Shown: piece after piece, positions 54,868-64,000 of the stretch
Position numbering within the stretch: the first letter of the stretch is position 1
How the letters are laid out: the number at the start of each line of letters is the position of its first letter
Assembly (NCBI GenBank): GCA_018366035.1
Contig: JAGZIW010000006.1
Location: 126,847-190,846, forward strand
DNA: 64,000 bases
Origin: Butyricicoccus pullicaecorum
GTDB taxonomy: Bacteria > Bacillota > Clostridia > Oscillospirales > Butyricicoccaceae
Direction: 5' to 3'
Notes under the pieces: generated by a model
What the model was told of the DNA's origin: nothing
Seen by the model: the letters and a program-made list of their open reading frames with translations, nothing else
Databases searched by the model: none
Made by a program: the position numbers and the translations under genes

Positions 54868-56040
54868 ATGGGATTTCAGTTTGAAGCAGGACTTGATAAT
54901 GTAGTAAATATTAAAGTAGTTGGTATCGGTGGCGGCGGCAATAATGCTGTAAACCGCATGATTTCTAATGGGATACAGGGCGTAGAATTCATCGCCATCA
55001 ATACGGACAAGCAGGCACTGCAATACTCTTCTGCACCGACTAAGATCCAGATCGGAGAGAAGATCACCAAGGGACAGGGCGCAGGCTCTGACCCCATGCG
55101 TGGACAGAAAGCGGCAGAGGAAAGCAAGGACGAAATTGCTTCTGCACTGGAGGGTGCACATATGGTGTTTATCACTGCTGGCATGGGCGGCGGCACAGGA
55201 ACTGGTGCGGCGCCGGTCGTTGCAGAGATTGCGCGCTCTATGGGTATGCTGACCATCGGTGTTGTAACACGTCCATTTGCATTTGAAGGCAAAAAGCGTC
55301 TGGAACAGGCACTTTATGGTATTGAAAATATGCGTGAGAATGTAGATTCTCTAGTTATCATTCCAAATGAACGTCTCAAGTTTGTTTCCGAGCAAAAAAT
55401 CACATTTAAGAATGCGTTTGAGATTGCAGACAATGTTCTGCGTCAGGCAGTTGCAAATATTTCTGAGCTGATCACCGTACCCGGTTTTATCAATCTTGAT
55501 TTTGCAGACGTGACTTCGGTTATGAAGGACGCCGGATTTGCGCATATCGGTACTGGTGCTGCGACGGGCAAGGACAAGGCTTCTGAGGCTGCACAGATGG
55601 CAATCTCCAGCCCGCTGCTTGAAACCTCGATTGATAATGCACGCGGCATCATTCTTTCCATTAGCGGTTCTGCGGATATTGGTCTGGAGGAAATCGAGAC
55701 AGCAGCAGGTATGGTACAGGCTGCGGCGCACCCAGATGCTCATATTATCTTTGGTGCATCTATTGATGAGGATTTGGACGATGAGCTGCGTGTAGTTGTT
55801 ATTGCAACCGGCTTTGACAACGTACCGGAATCCGCAAAGGGTCCAGACGGCAAGGCGGTACCAGCAGTGCAGAATACAGCAGCTGGAGCGGCGGCACAGA
55901 GCGGTTTCCAAACGCCTTTTCGCGCACAGCAGGCAGAGCAGGTATCACAGGATACACAGCAGCTGTCGCACCCGACACAGGCTGAAATCGAAGATGATGC
56001 GTTTAAGGCGATCATTGATATCTTCAATCACAATAACTAA
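54868..56040 (+). CDS. ftsZ: Cell-division GTPase FtsZ.
   Basis: RBS GGAGGA. Starts [31 protein letters not shown]. Tubulin signature GGGTGTG. Confidence 0.95.
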   Translation: MGFQFEAGLDNVVNIKVVGIGGGGNNAVNRMISNGIQGVEFIAINTDKQALQYSSAPTKIQIGEKITKGQGAGSDPMRGQKAAEESKDEIASALEGAHMVFITAGMGGGTGTGAAPVVAEIARSMGMLTIGVVTRPFAFEGKKRLEQALYGIENMRENVDSLVIIPNERLKFVSEQKITFKNAFEIADNVLRQAVANISELITVPGFINLDFADVTSVMKDAGFAHIGTGAATGKDKASEAAQMAISSPLLETSIDNARGIILSISGSADIGLEEIETAAGMVQAAAHPDAHIIFGASIDEDLDDELRVVVIATGFDNVPESAKGPDGKAVPAVQNTAAGAAAQSGFQTPFRAQQAEQVSQDTQQLSHPTQAEIEDDAFKAIIDIFNHNN

Positions 56041-56064
56041 AAACACACACGATTTTATGCGTGT

Positions 56065-56095
56065 AAAAACAGCCCTAAAGCAGGGCTGTTTTTGC
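56065..56095 (+). terminator. Intrinsic terminator after ftsZ.
   Basis: AAAAACAGCCCT-aaagc-AGGGCTGTTTTTG. Confidence 0.85.
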
Positions 56096-56225
56096 CACAT
56101 ATAGTGAATGTCAAATAAGAGAAAGGAGCTGATGGGCTGTGAGCCCTGAACCGAGTCGAAAACGGGAATATGGTTTGCAGCGTGTCACGGATTTGGGCTG
56201 ACCGCTGTAGAAAGGCGGTTTGCTT

Positions 56226-57170
56226 ATGATTGAATATTTCAAGTCTGATGCAGGGCGCGTGGTACAGATCTCAGCATTTGAAACTGGCTGCTGGATCAAT
56301 TTGGTGCGCCCTTCGTCAGAGGAGATCAGATGTATTTTAGATGATCACGGTGTAGAGGAGGACTTCCTGCGCGCGGCACTCGACCCAGAGGAAAGCTCTC
56401 GTGTTGAGGTGGAGGAAGAACAGACCCTGCTGATCGTCGATATTCCAACCATTGAAGAAAGCAATGTAGAACAGGACGAATCCAAGATTTTTGGAACGCT
56501 GCCTATGGGCATTGTGGTTTTGCCAAATACTGTGATTACAGTCTGTCTGCAAGATACAGCGGTTCTGCGTGGAATCGCACAAAACAAGGTACGCGATATT
56601 CATACCGCGCTGCGTACAAGATTGGTGCTCCAGATCCTGCTGCGCGTAGCCGGATTGTTCCTGCGGAATCTGCGTATGATTGAGCGGGACTTTACACATA
56701 TTGAGAATCATTTATATGAATCTCTGAAAAATGAAGAACTGTTCCGCTTGCTGGGCTTGTCCAAGTCGCTTGTCTATTTTTCAGCTTCCCTCAAGTCCAA
56801 CGAGGTCACGATGGAAAAGGTGCTGCGTGGACGTGTACTCAAGCTGTATGAGGACGACCGCGATCTTTTGGAAGATGCACTCATTGAGATTCGTCAGGCA
56901 AATGAGATGGCAACAATTTATTCTAGCATCGTCAATGGTACAAGAGAAGCCTATTCCTCGGTTGTGTCCAACGATATGAACAGCATTATGAAGGTGCTGA
57001 CCATTATTACCATTTTTATGACCATTCCGAATATCATTTTTGGTTTCTATGGTATGAATATTTTGGGAAATCAGCTTCCGCTTGCCTCATGGTGGTGGGT
57101 TCCTGTGATTATTGCAGTGGTTGGCTGTATCGGTGCATGGATTTTTATGAAGCGCAAAAACTTGTTATAA
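56226..57170 (+). CDS. corA: CorA-family Mg2+/Co2+ transporter.
   Basis: Two C-terminal TM helices with the YGMN motif (FGFYGMNI). Confidence 0.85.
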   Translation: MIEYFKSDAGRVVQISAFETGCWINLVRPSSEEIRCILDDHGVEEDFLRAALDPEESSRVEVEEEQTLLIVDIPTIEESNVEQDESKIFGTLPMGIVVLPNTVITVCLQDTAVLRGIAQNKVRDIHTALRTRLVLQILLRVAGLFLRNLRMIERDFTHIENHLYESLKNEELFRLLGLSKSLVYFSASLKSNEVTMEKVLRGRVLKLYEDDRDLLEDALIEIRQANEMATIYSSIVNGTREAYSSVVSNDMNSIMKVLTIITIFMTIPNIIFGFYGMNILGNQLPLASWWWVPVIIAVVGCIGAWIFMKRKNLL

Positions 57171-57183
57171 GAAAAAGCTGTTC

Positions 57184-57222
57184 AAGGACATTTCCAAGAA
57201 CAGCTTTTTTGTTTGAGATTTT
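57184..57222. terminator. Bidirectional intrinsic terminator between corA (+) and argF (-).
   Basis: AAAAAGCTGTTC-aaggacatttccaa-GAACAGCTTTTTT. Confidence 0.8.
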
Positions 57223-57236
57223 TGGACAGCGCGTGA

Positions 57237-58142
57237 TTATGCACCCAATAGTTTTACAAGCACTGCCTTTTGTGCATGCAGGCGGTTTTCTGCTTCTTCG
57301 AATAGTTCATCTGCATGCGCTTCAAATACTTCCGCTGTGATTTCCTGCCCGCGGTATGCAGGCAGACAGTGCAGCACCATGGCGCCCTCGCGTGCAGCTG
57401 CCATCAGGGTATCATTGATCTGATAGCCTTTGAAAATCCTTGCACGTTCTTCTTTTTCGCTTTCCTGACCCATGGAAGCCCATGTGTCGGTATAGACAAC
57501 ATCTGCATTTTGAGCCGCCTGCATGGGATCGGTCGTCAAGGTGAAGTTTGGATTGTTTTTTGCAAATTCCAGTACAATGGGGTCTGGCTGATAGCCCGCC
57601 GGACAGGCAACAGAGATTTTCATACCCGTTTTGAGTCCGCCAACAATCAGAGAGTTTGTCATATTGTTGCCGTCTCCGATATAGGCAAGGTGAATTCCAT
57701 CGAGAGAAGCGTATTTTTCACGAATCGTCATCAGGTCTGCAAGTACCTGACAAGGGTGTGCAAAATCGGTAAGTCCATTGATGATGGGAATAGAGCCATA
57801 TTCAGCAAGATCTTCGACCTCTTTCTGCGCAAAAGTCCGAATCATAATACCGTCCAGATAGCGGGAGAGGACACGGGCGGTATCCTGTACAGGCTCTCCG
57901 CGTCCAATTTGCAGGTCGCGGGAAGATAAGAACAGCGCCTGTCCCCCCAACTGATACATACCTGTTTCAAAAGAAACACGGGTACGGGTCGAGGATTTTT
58001 GAAAAATCATACCAAGTGATTTTCCGGCAAGCAGTGGGTGTGCGATGCCATTCTTTCTTTCATATTTGAGCTGGTCGGCAAGATCGAGGATTGAAATGAT
58101 TTCCTCAGCAGAAAGGTCGAGCAGCTTGAGTAAGTGTTTCAT
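57237..58142 (-). CDS. argF: Ornithine carbamoyltransferase.
   Basis: STRTRVSFE carbamoyl-phosphate motif, HCLP motif, 301 aa. Confidence 0.92.
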   Translation of the reverse strand: MKHLLKLLDLSAEEIISILDLADQLKYERKNGIAHPLLAGKSLGMIFQKSSTRTRVSFETGMYQLGGQALFLSSRDLQIGRGEPVQDTARVLSRYLDGIMIRTFAQKEVEDLAEYGSIPIINGLTDFAHPCQVLADLMTIREKYASLDGIHLAYIGDGNNMTNSLIVGGLKTGMKISVACPAGYQPDPIVLEFAKNNPNFTLTTDPMQAAQNADVVYTDTWASMGQESEKEERARIFKGYQINDTLMAAAREGAMVLHCLPAYRGQEITAEVFEAHADELFEEAENRLHAQKAVLVKLLGA

Positions 58143-58156
58143 AAATAAAATCCTTT

Positions 58157-59344
58157 CTATTCATTGCAGAATACGGTTTTCATGATGGCAAGCGCCTCAT
58201 CAAGCTCGGAATATGTAATGGTAAGCGGAGGCAGCAGACGAATGATATTCTTTCCGGCAGTTAATGCGAGAACACCGTGCGCAATGAGCTTGCTTGCAAG
58301 TACACTGTGCTGCCCTTCTGGAACGATAATGCCCAGCATAAGACCCAAGCCGCGCACGCCTTCAATCATGGGTGCGTGAAGCGCTAGGATTTTATTTTGG
58401 AGATAGTCACCTTTTTGACGGACCTCCTCCAGAAATGCCGGCTCATTTACAATGGACAGAACGGCATTGGCAGCCGCGCACATAGCGGGAGAGCCGCCAA
58501 AGGTGGTCGCATGGGTTCCAGATGTCAGAACATCGCAGCAGGATTTTGCTGCCATAACCGCACCAATGGGAACGCCGCCGCCCAGTCCTTTTGCCATGGT
58601 GACGATATCCGGCTGAATGTCATATTGCTGGAAGCAGAACAGTGAGCCAGTGCGCCCAATACCGGTTTGCACTTCATCAATGATGAGCAGCAGATCCCTT
58701 TCACGGCACAGTGCTTCGACCGCCTTTACAAAGCTGGGATCTTGCGGAAGGACACCGCCTTCTCCCTGAATCAACTCCATCATAATGGCGCAGGTACTGT
58801 CATCGATCTTGGATTCGAGATCGGCGACATTGCCTGCCGCTGCGTAGTCAAAACCCTCTGTAAAGGGAAAAAAGAAATCATGAAAACGGGTTTGACCGGT
58901 TGCCTTTAAGGTAGTGATGGTGCGCCCATGAAAGGAGTTCCAAAGGGTAATGATTTTGTGTCGGCCGGCGCCATATTTATCAAAGGAATATTTGCGGGCA
59001 AGCTTGATTGCGCCTTCGTTTGCTTCTGCACCGGAGTTTGAAAAGAAAACCTTGCCCATGCCGGTTGAAGTAGCCAATGTTTTTGCAGTCTGCACCATGG
59101 GTGCTGTGGTGAATAGATTGGAAACATGCATGAGCTTATGAATCTGTGCTTCCAGCGCCTGTGTCAGCACAGGGTGATCGTAGCCCAGACAGTTGACACC
59201 GATTCCAGAAGTCAAATCTATATAACGCTTTCCTTCCATATCCCAAAGAGCGGCACCCTTGCCGTGGTCGAGTGCTATCGGAAACCGCCCATAGGTCTGC
59301 ATCACATATTGTTCTTCTTCTGCTTTTAATTGCTGATAAGTCAT
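58157..59344 (-). CDS. argD: Acetylornithine aminotransferase (class III PLP aminotransferase).
   Basis: RBS GGGGGA. Starts MTYQQLKAEEEQYVMQTYGR. PLP-lysine region (DEVQTGIGRTG…TMAKGLGGG). Confidence 0.88.
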   Translation of the reverse strand: MTYQQLKAEEEQYVMQTYGRFPIALDHGKGAALWDMEGKRYIDLTSGIGVNCLGYDHPVLTQALEAQIHKLMHVSNLFTTAPMVQTAKTLATSTGMGKVFFSNSGAEANEGAIKLARKYSFDKYGAGRHKIITLWNSFHGRTITTLKATGQTRFHDFFFPFTEGFDYAAAGNVADLESKIDDSTCAIMMELIQGEGGVLPQDPSFVKAVEALCRERDLLLIIDEVQTGIGRTGSLFCFQQYDIQPDIVTMAKGLGGGVPIGAVMAAKSCCDVLTSGTHATTFGGSPAMCAAANAVLSIVNEPAFLEEVRQKGDYLQNKILALHAPMIEGVRGLGLMLGIIVPEGQHSVLASKLIAHGVLALTAGKNIIRLLPPLTITYSELDEALAIMKTVFCNE

Positions 59345-59363
59345 AAGGAAATCCCCCAAAATT

Positions 59364-60233
59364 TTAGATAAACATGGTTCCAACACCGGCATCGCTTAGA
59401 AGCTCAATCAAAATAGAGTGCTTGACACGACCGTCCTGAATATTGGCACGTTCTACACCCTTGCGGATTGCCTCTACACAGCAGTCTACCTTGGGGATCA
59501 TGCCCCCTGAGATGATGCCCTCCTTAATCAGTGCTGGAACCTCGGAGACCTTCAGGCGGGTCAGCAGAGTGCTTTCATCATTGGGATCACGCAAAAGCCC
59601 GCGCACATCGGTAAGCAGAATGAGTTTTTTTGCGCCAAGTGCGATTGCAAGCTTTGCAGCAGCGGTATCTGCATTGATATTATAGTTGGTATCCTCGTCA
59701 ATACCTTGCGCAACAGTGGAAACAACAGGGATATATCCCTTGCTGAGTACATCAATCACAGGCTGTGGATTGACAGAAACGATATCACCAACATAGCCAT
59801 AGTCGGTATTCTGTTCATCTGTAAGACGTTTGGCACAAAAAAGTCCGCCGTCCATGCCGCCAAGACCGATGCCCTGCCCACCTGCGTGCTGGAGGAGGGT
59901 GACAAGGTCTTTATTGACCTTGCCGCATAGAATCATCTGCACAATGTCCATGGTTTCGCGGTCTGTATAGCGCAGACCATTGACAAACCGAGATTCTTTG
60001 CCGATTTTTTTGAGCATTTCTGAGATTTCCGGACCGCCGCCGTGCACCACAACAACACGCACGCCAACAAGAGACAGCAGCACGATATCGTGAATGACAG
60101 CATCTTTGAGAGTTTCGTTTATCATTGCATTGCCGCCGTATTTGATTACAACGGTCTGTCCGTAATATTCTTGAATATAGGGGAGTGCCTCCACCAAAAC
60201 ATTTGCGTTTGCTGCGGGATCAAATGTATTCAT
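59364..60233 (-). CDS. argB: Acetylglutamate kinase.
   Basis: VIKYGGNAM…VVVHGGGP amino-acid kinase motifs. Confidence 0.92.
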   Translation of the reverse strand: MNTFDPAANANVLVEALPYIQEYYGQTVVIKYGGNAMINETLKDAVIHDIVLLSLVGVRVVVVHGGGPEISEMLKKIGKESRFVNGLRYTDRETMDIVQMILCGKVNKDLVTLLQHAGGQGIGLGGMDGGLFCAKRLTDEQNTDYGYVGDIVSVNPQPVIDVLSKGYIPVVSTVAQGIDEDTNYNINADTAAAKLAIALGAKKLILLTDVRGLLRDPNDESTLLTRLKVSEVPALIKEGIISGGMIPKVDCCVEAIRKGVERANIQDGRVKHSILIELLSDAGVGTMFI

Positions 60234-60242
60234 AGCTGCTCC

Positions 60243-61451
60243 TTAAGTACGATAATCACCGTTGATTTTTACATAGTCATAGGTGAGGTCACAGCCCCAT
60301 GCGGTGGCAGAACTATTGCCGTCATAGAGTGTAATTGCAATCGTGACTTCATCTTCAGACAGGATTTGTTTTGCAAGTGCTTCGTCAAAATCCAGTGCGC
60401 GTCCGGATTCACATACGGTAATCGTTCCGGCACATGAGCAAAAAGCAACACGAACGGTTTCGGGGTTAAAGGACTCACCAGAGTAGCCCATTGCACACAG
60501 GATACGTCCCCAATTTGCATCTGCGCCAAACATAGCAGCTTTCACAAGTGAGGATTTGCATACTGCCTTGGCAAGCCCTTCAGCGGCAGCTTCATCGCAG
60601 GCACCTGAAACTGTGCAGGTAATGAGACGAGATGCACCCTCGCCGTCTGCTGCAATTTTACGTGCAAGAATGATGCACACGGCTTCCAGTGCTTCGTAGA
60701 AGGAAGCGGCAGCTTCTATGTTTTGAATGGGTGGATTTTCTGCAAGTCCGTTTGCCAGAATACAGCAGGTATCGTTGGTTGAGGTGTCTCCGTCTACGGA
60801 AACACGGTTGAAGGATTTTTGAACAGCTTTGGAAAGCAGTGATTGTAGCACACTCCCATCGATTGCACAGTCTGTGGTGAGAAAGCACAGCATGGTGCCC
60901 ATATTGGGGTGGATCATACCGGAGCCTTTACAGATACCTCCCAGATGGCAGGTCTTTCCGTCAACGGAAAAGGAAACAGCTGCGGACTTTTCTATGGTGT
61001 CCGTTGTCATAATGGCGTTGGCAGCTGCATCGGAGCCGTCAGGGGATAGGGTGAGCGTACAAAGCTTTTCTTCAATACATTCGATATTGAGCCGCTGTCC
61101 AATCACGCCTGTTGAACAAACAATAACGTCTGATTCTGGTATGCCCAGCAGCTTTGCGCAGGCTGCGGACTCTCGGTAGGCGTTTTGGAGCCCGTCAGGT
61201 GCACAGGCATTTGCGTTGCCGGAATTGACAATGATTGCCTGTGCCTGCTGATTAGCGAGATGCTCCCGTGTCACTTGAATGGGCGCTGCCTGTACGCGGT
61301 TTTTGGTATAGACTGCCGCCGCCGTACAGACAGTTTGGGAATAAATTACAGCGGTATCATTTTTTGTGGAAGATGCTTTGATACCGCAGCAGGTTGCGCC
61401 GGCAGAAAAGCCTTGCGCAGCGGTCACGCCGCCAGAAATGATTTCATACAT
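60243..61451 (-). CDS. argJ: Bifunctional ornithine acetyltransferase/N-acetylglutamate synthase.
   Basis: ArgJ family with the autoproteolytic site …GTMLCFLTTD (T-M-L). Confidence 0.9.
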   Translation of the reverse strand: MYEIISGGVTAAQGFSAGATCCGIKASSTKNDTAVIYSQTVCTAAAVYTKNRVQAAPIQVTREHLANQQAQAIIVNSGNANACAPDGLQNAYRESAACAKLLGIPESDVIVCSTGVIGQRLNIECIEEKLCTLTLSPDGSDAAANAIMTTDTIEKSAAVSFSVDGKTCHLGGICKGSGMIHPNMGTMLCFLTTDCAIDGSVLQSLLSKAVQKSFNRVSVDGDTSTNDTCCILANGLAENPPIQNIEAAASFYEALEAVCIILARKIAADGEGASRLITCTVSGACDEAAAEGLAKAVCKSSLVKAAMFGADANWGRILCAMGYSGESFNPETVRVAFCSCAGTITVCESGRALDFDEALAKQILSEDEVTIAITLYDGNSSATAWGCDLTYDYVKINGDYRT

Positions 61452-61469
61452 GGGAAATAAATTCTCCTT

Positions 61470-62378
61470 CTATCGGGTAAGTCCAGTGGTTTCCTCCAAA
61501 CCGAGCATAAGATTCATATTTTGAACCGCAGCACCAGAAGCACCCTTACCGAGATTGTCAAAGAGTGCCGTGACAATGGTCTGCGTTTGATGTCCATTGA
61601 CATAGAGTGTGAGACTGTCACGTCCTGCAAACATGTTGGCAGAGAGCGTTGAGGGCTCCGTAGACTGAACGGAAACGAGAGGCTGCTCTGCATAGTGAGC
61701 CGAGAGAAGCTCCCAAACCGTCTGTACATTCATATGTGGCAGGCTTACTGTGGTTGCCATTCCCTTATAGTAGTCATCAACCACGGGACAGAATACGGGA
61801 GGCTGTGTGAGTCCACAAACGGTCTGCATTTCCGGTAAATGCTTATGCTGCAAATGCAATCCGTAAATGCGGGGGGCATAGAGGTCGACAGACTTTTGCT
61901 GTGCTTCGTAATCTGCAATCATTTTCTTGCCGCCGCCGGAATAGCCCGTGAGAGAAAAACAGGTCAAAGGAGTATCTCTGGAAAGCAGACCAGCAGACAC
62001 CAACGGATAGACAATGGAGATGAAACCGGTTGCGTGACAGCCCGGGTTTGCGACACGAGCTGCCTGCTGGATTGCAGTACGATGAGCGGGAGAAAGCTCG
62101 GCAAAGCCATATGTCCACACAGTACGATGAGCAGTTGAGGCATCGATCACACGTGTATGAGGATTTTCAATGAGAGATACAGCTTCGCGTGCAGCGGCGT
62201 CGGGCAGACAAAGGAATACGATGTCGGCGGCATTGAGAAAGCGGCGGCGCTCCTCTGGATCTTTTCGCTTGTCAGGGGAAATGAGCAGAAGTTCCAAGTC
62301 ATCGCGCGCGCCCAGCCGCTCATAAATTTGCAGACCGGTGGTTCCCTCTTTGCCGTCAATATAAATTTTGGGACGCAT
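61470..62378 (-). CDS. argC: N-acetyl-gamma-glutamyl-phosphate reductase, short ('uncommon') form.
   Basis: 302 aa. It carries the catalytic Cys in NPGCHATG and an N-terminal Rossmann fold, and sits at the argC position of the operon. Confidence 0.8.
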   Translation of the reverse strand: MRPKIYIDGKEGTTGLQIYERLGARDDLELLLISPDKRKDPEERRRFLNAADIVFLCLPDAAAREAVSLIENPHTRVIDASTAHRTVWTYGFAELSPAHRTAIQQAARVANPGCHATGFISIVYPLVSAGLLSRDTPLTCFSLTGYSGGGKKMIADYEAQQKSVDLYAPRIYGLHLQHKHLPEMQTVCGLTQPPVFCPVVDDYYKGMATTVSLPHMNVQTVWELLSAHYAEQPLVSVQSTEPSTLSANMFAGRDSLTLYVNGHQTQTIVTALFDNLGKGASGAAVQNMNLMLGLEETTGLTR

Positions 62379-63772
62379 CAGGCATTGCCTCCCTGTGCAT
62401 CAAGAAAGTCCTGTATCACCTGAATTTGACGGGAAACCTCCTCCGGTGCAGGGCCACCCAAGGAGCGGCGTTCCTGTACACAGGTAACGAGGTCGATGGC
62501 GTGATAAATATCTTGCTCAAAGAGTGGGGACACCGCCTTGTATTCATCAAGAGACAGGGTGTCCAGCGTTTTTTCATGCTCGATGCAGTAATGTACCAGT
62601 GTACCGGTTGCTTTGTAGGCATCTCGGAAGGGAACTCCCTTTTTGGTGAGATAGTCGGCGCAGTCGGTGGCATTGATAAAGCCGCGTTTTGCCGCATTTT
62701 CCATATTCTGTGTGAGGACAGTCATAGTCTGAAACATGGGCGCAATCACCTTGAGACAATTTTTTACCGTATCAATGGCTTCAAAGGTTGCTTCCTTATC
62801 CTCCTGCATATCCTTGTTGTAGGCGAGCGGGATTGCCTTCATAAAGGTTAGGAGGGTTGTGAGTGCGCCATAGACGCGACCGGTTTTTCCGCGGATCAGT
62901 TCGCAGATATCCGGATTTTTCTTTTGCGGCATGATGGACGAGCCTGTGGAATAGGCATCGTCCAGTTCGATGAACTTGAATTCCCAAGAGCACCACGCAA
63001 TCACTTCTTCAGAAAGACGGGAAAGGTGCATCATCAAAATAGAAAGCGCAGAGCACAGCTCAATGCAGTAGTCCCGATCAGATACCCCATCAAGCGAGTT
63101 GTCCATAACAGAGGAGAATCCCAGAAGATCTGCAACAAGGCTGCGGTCAATGGGATAGGTTGTACCTGCCAGTGCCCCAGATCCCAAGGGGAGTGTATCC
63201 ATACCGCTCAGGCAGTCGTCCAGCCTGCGCACATCGCGCTTTAGCATATTGGCATAAGCCATGAGATGGTGGGCAAAGGTGATTGGCTGTGCACGCTGTA
63301 AATGGGTATAGCCGGGCATTACTGTTTTTATGTGCTGAGCTGCAACATCGCAAAGAACCTGCATAAAGTGCAGCACCAGAGCGCGGATTTCTCCGATTTC
63401 ACGGCGGACATACAGACGCATATCCAGTGCGACCTGATCATTTCGAGAGCGCGCGGTGTGCAGACGCTTGCCGGCATCTCCAATGCGCTCGGTCAGCAAC
63501 TGCTCATTTGCCATGTGAATATCTTCATAGAGTGCAGGGGAAAATTCGATTTTCCCGTCCTCGATGTCTGCGAGGATTCCCTGAAGCCCGCTGATAATTT
63601 TGGATACATCATCTGATGGAATGATACCCTGTTGTCCGAGCATGGTCGCATGCGCAATAGAGCCTTGAATGTCTTCTGCATACATACGGCAGTCAAACAT
63701 AACCGAAGAATTAAAATCGTTTACAACAGCATCGGTTTCCTTTTGGAACCGTCCTGCCCACATTTTAGCCAT
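62378..63772 (-). CDS. argH: Argininosuccinate lyase.
   Basis: Fumarate-lyase signature GSSIMPQKKNPD. Starts MAKMWAGRFQ. Confidence 0.92.
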   Translation of the reverse strand: MAKMWAGRFQKETDAVVNDFNSSVMFDCRMYAEDIQGSIAHATMLGQQGIIPSDDVSKIISGLQGILADIEDGKIEFSPALYEDIHMANEQLLTERIGDAGKRLHTARSRNDQVALDMRLYVRREIGEIRALVLHFMQVLCDVAAQHIKTVMPGYTHLQRAQPITFAHHLMAYANMLKRDVRRLDDCLSGMDTLPLGSGALAGTTYPIDRSLVADLLGFSSVMDNSLDGVSDRDYCIELCSALSILMMHLSRLSEEVIAWCSWEFKFIELDDAYSTGSSIMPQKKNPDICELIRGKTGRVYGALTTLLTFMKAIPLAYNKDMQEDKEATFEAIDTVKNCLKVIAPMFQTMTVLTQNMENAAKRGFINATDCADYLTKKGVPFRDAYKATGTLVHYCIEHEKTLDTLSLDEYKAVSPLFEQDIYHAIDLVTCVQERRSLGGPAPEEVSRQIQVIQDFLDAQGGNA

Positions 63773-63855
63773 AGTTGAAAAGTCCTCGTTTCTGATGGAT
63801 TCGATAATTGGATAAAAGAATACACGGGGCAAAATAAGTCGCCCCGTGTATGGAA

Positions 63856-64000
63856 TTACTCTACAGAGGGGAAGCCCGCACCGGTCTTATCCTGTAATGC
63901 AAGATCGTTCATTGCACGCACCTTGAGCGGCAGACCGAACAGGTTGATAAATCCGGCAGAATCTGCCTGATTGTAGGAATCATCTTCGCCAAAGGTTGCA
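63856..64000 (-). CDS. argG: Argininosuccinate synthase, C-terminal fragment. The 5' end lies outside the window.
   Basis: Translation …[47 protein letters not shown] matches the ArgG C-terminal region. It is operonic with argH. Confidence 0.6.
   Translation of the reverse strand, partial: ATFGEDDSYNQADSAGFINLFGLPLKVRAMNDLALQDKTGAGFPSVE

Noticed and set aside
56096-56225. An M-box (Mg2+) riboswitch in the corA leader.
   Set aside because: The leader is only about 130 nt with two small hairpins. It is too short and lacks the conserved M-box core.

Overview
This 64-kb window comes from a spore-forming Firmicute (class Clostridia). The right part, about 28.1 to 64 kb, is conserved chromosomal core. 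It carries a D-Ala-D-Ala carboxypeptidase and the sporulation genes ylbJ and yqfC/yqfD. It then carries phoH-ybeY-dgkA-era-(yqzL)-recO-mutS2, an HPr-like protein, uvrC, rsmD and coaD. A division/cell-wall (dcw) cluster follows: rsmH-ftsL-PBP(SpoVD/FtsI)-murE-murF-mraY-ftsW-murG-divIB-ftsZ. This cluster lacks both mraZ and ftsA. After it come corA and, on the minus strand, an arginine biosynthesis operon argG(partial)-argH-argC-argJ-argB-argD-argF.

The left part, about 1 to 27.9 kb, looks accessory and rich in regulators. It holds an Fe-alcohol dehydrogenase cut by the window edge. It holds two secreted-protein genes flanked by duplicated promoter and terminator repeat elements. It holds an operon of blaI, blaR1-like, a small secreted protein and an atypical LytTR regulator. 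It also holds a GNAT acetyltransferase, DsrE-like, thioredoxin, an amidohydrolase, an EamA transporter, and a divergently oriented AgrC/ComD-like histidine kinase with a LytTR response regulator.

Next to that kinase lies the most interesting feature. It is a roughly 14.7-kb plus-strand operon at 12970 to 27613. It encodes a type-I periplasmic-binding-protein-like lipoprotein, an HlyD-family adaptor, a peptidase-C39 ABC exporter and a second tandem ABC exporter. These are followed by a 2680-aa protein with a Sec signal peptide and S-layer-homology (SLH) anchors, containing Calx-beta, BNR, CARDB and Big_2 domains. The last gene is a 52-aa double-glycine-leader peptide that the six-frame ORF track does not report. 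The operon ends with an intrinsic terminator and a tRNA-fMet gene.

This looks like a peptide-export and quorum-sensing-like system coupled to a giant surface protein. No CRISPR array, integrase, transposase or rRNA gene was seen.
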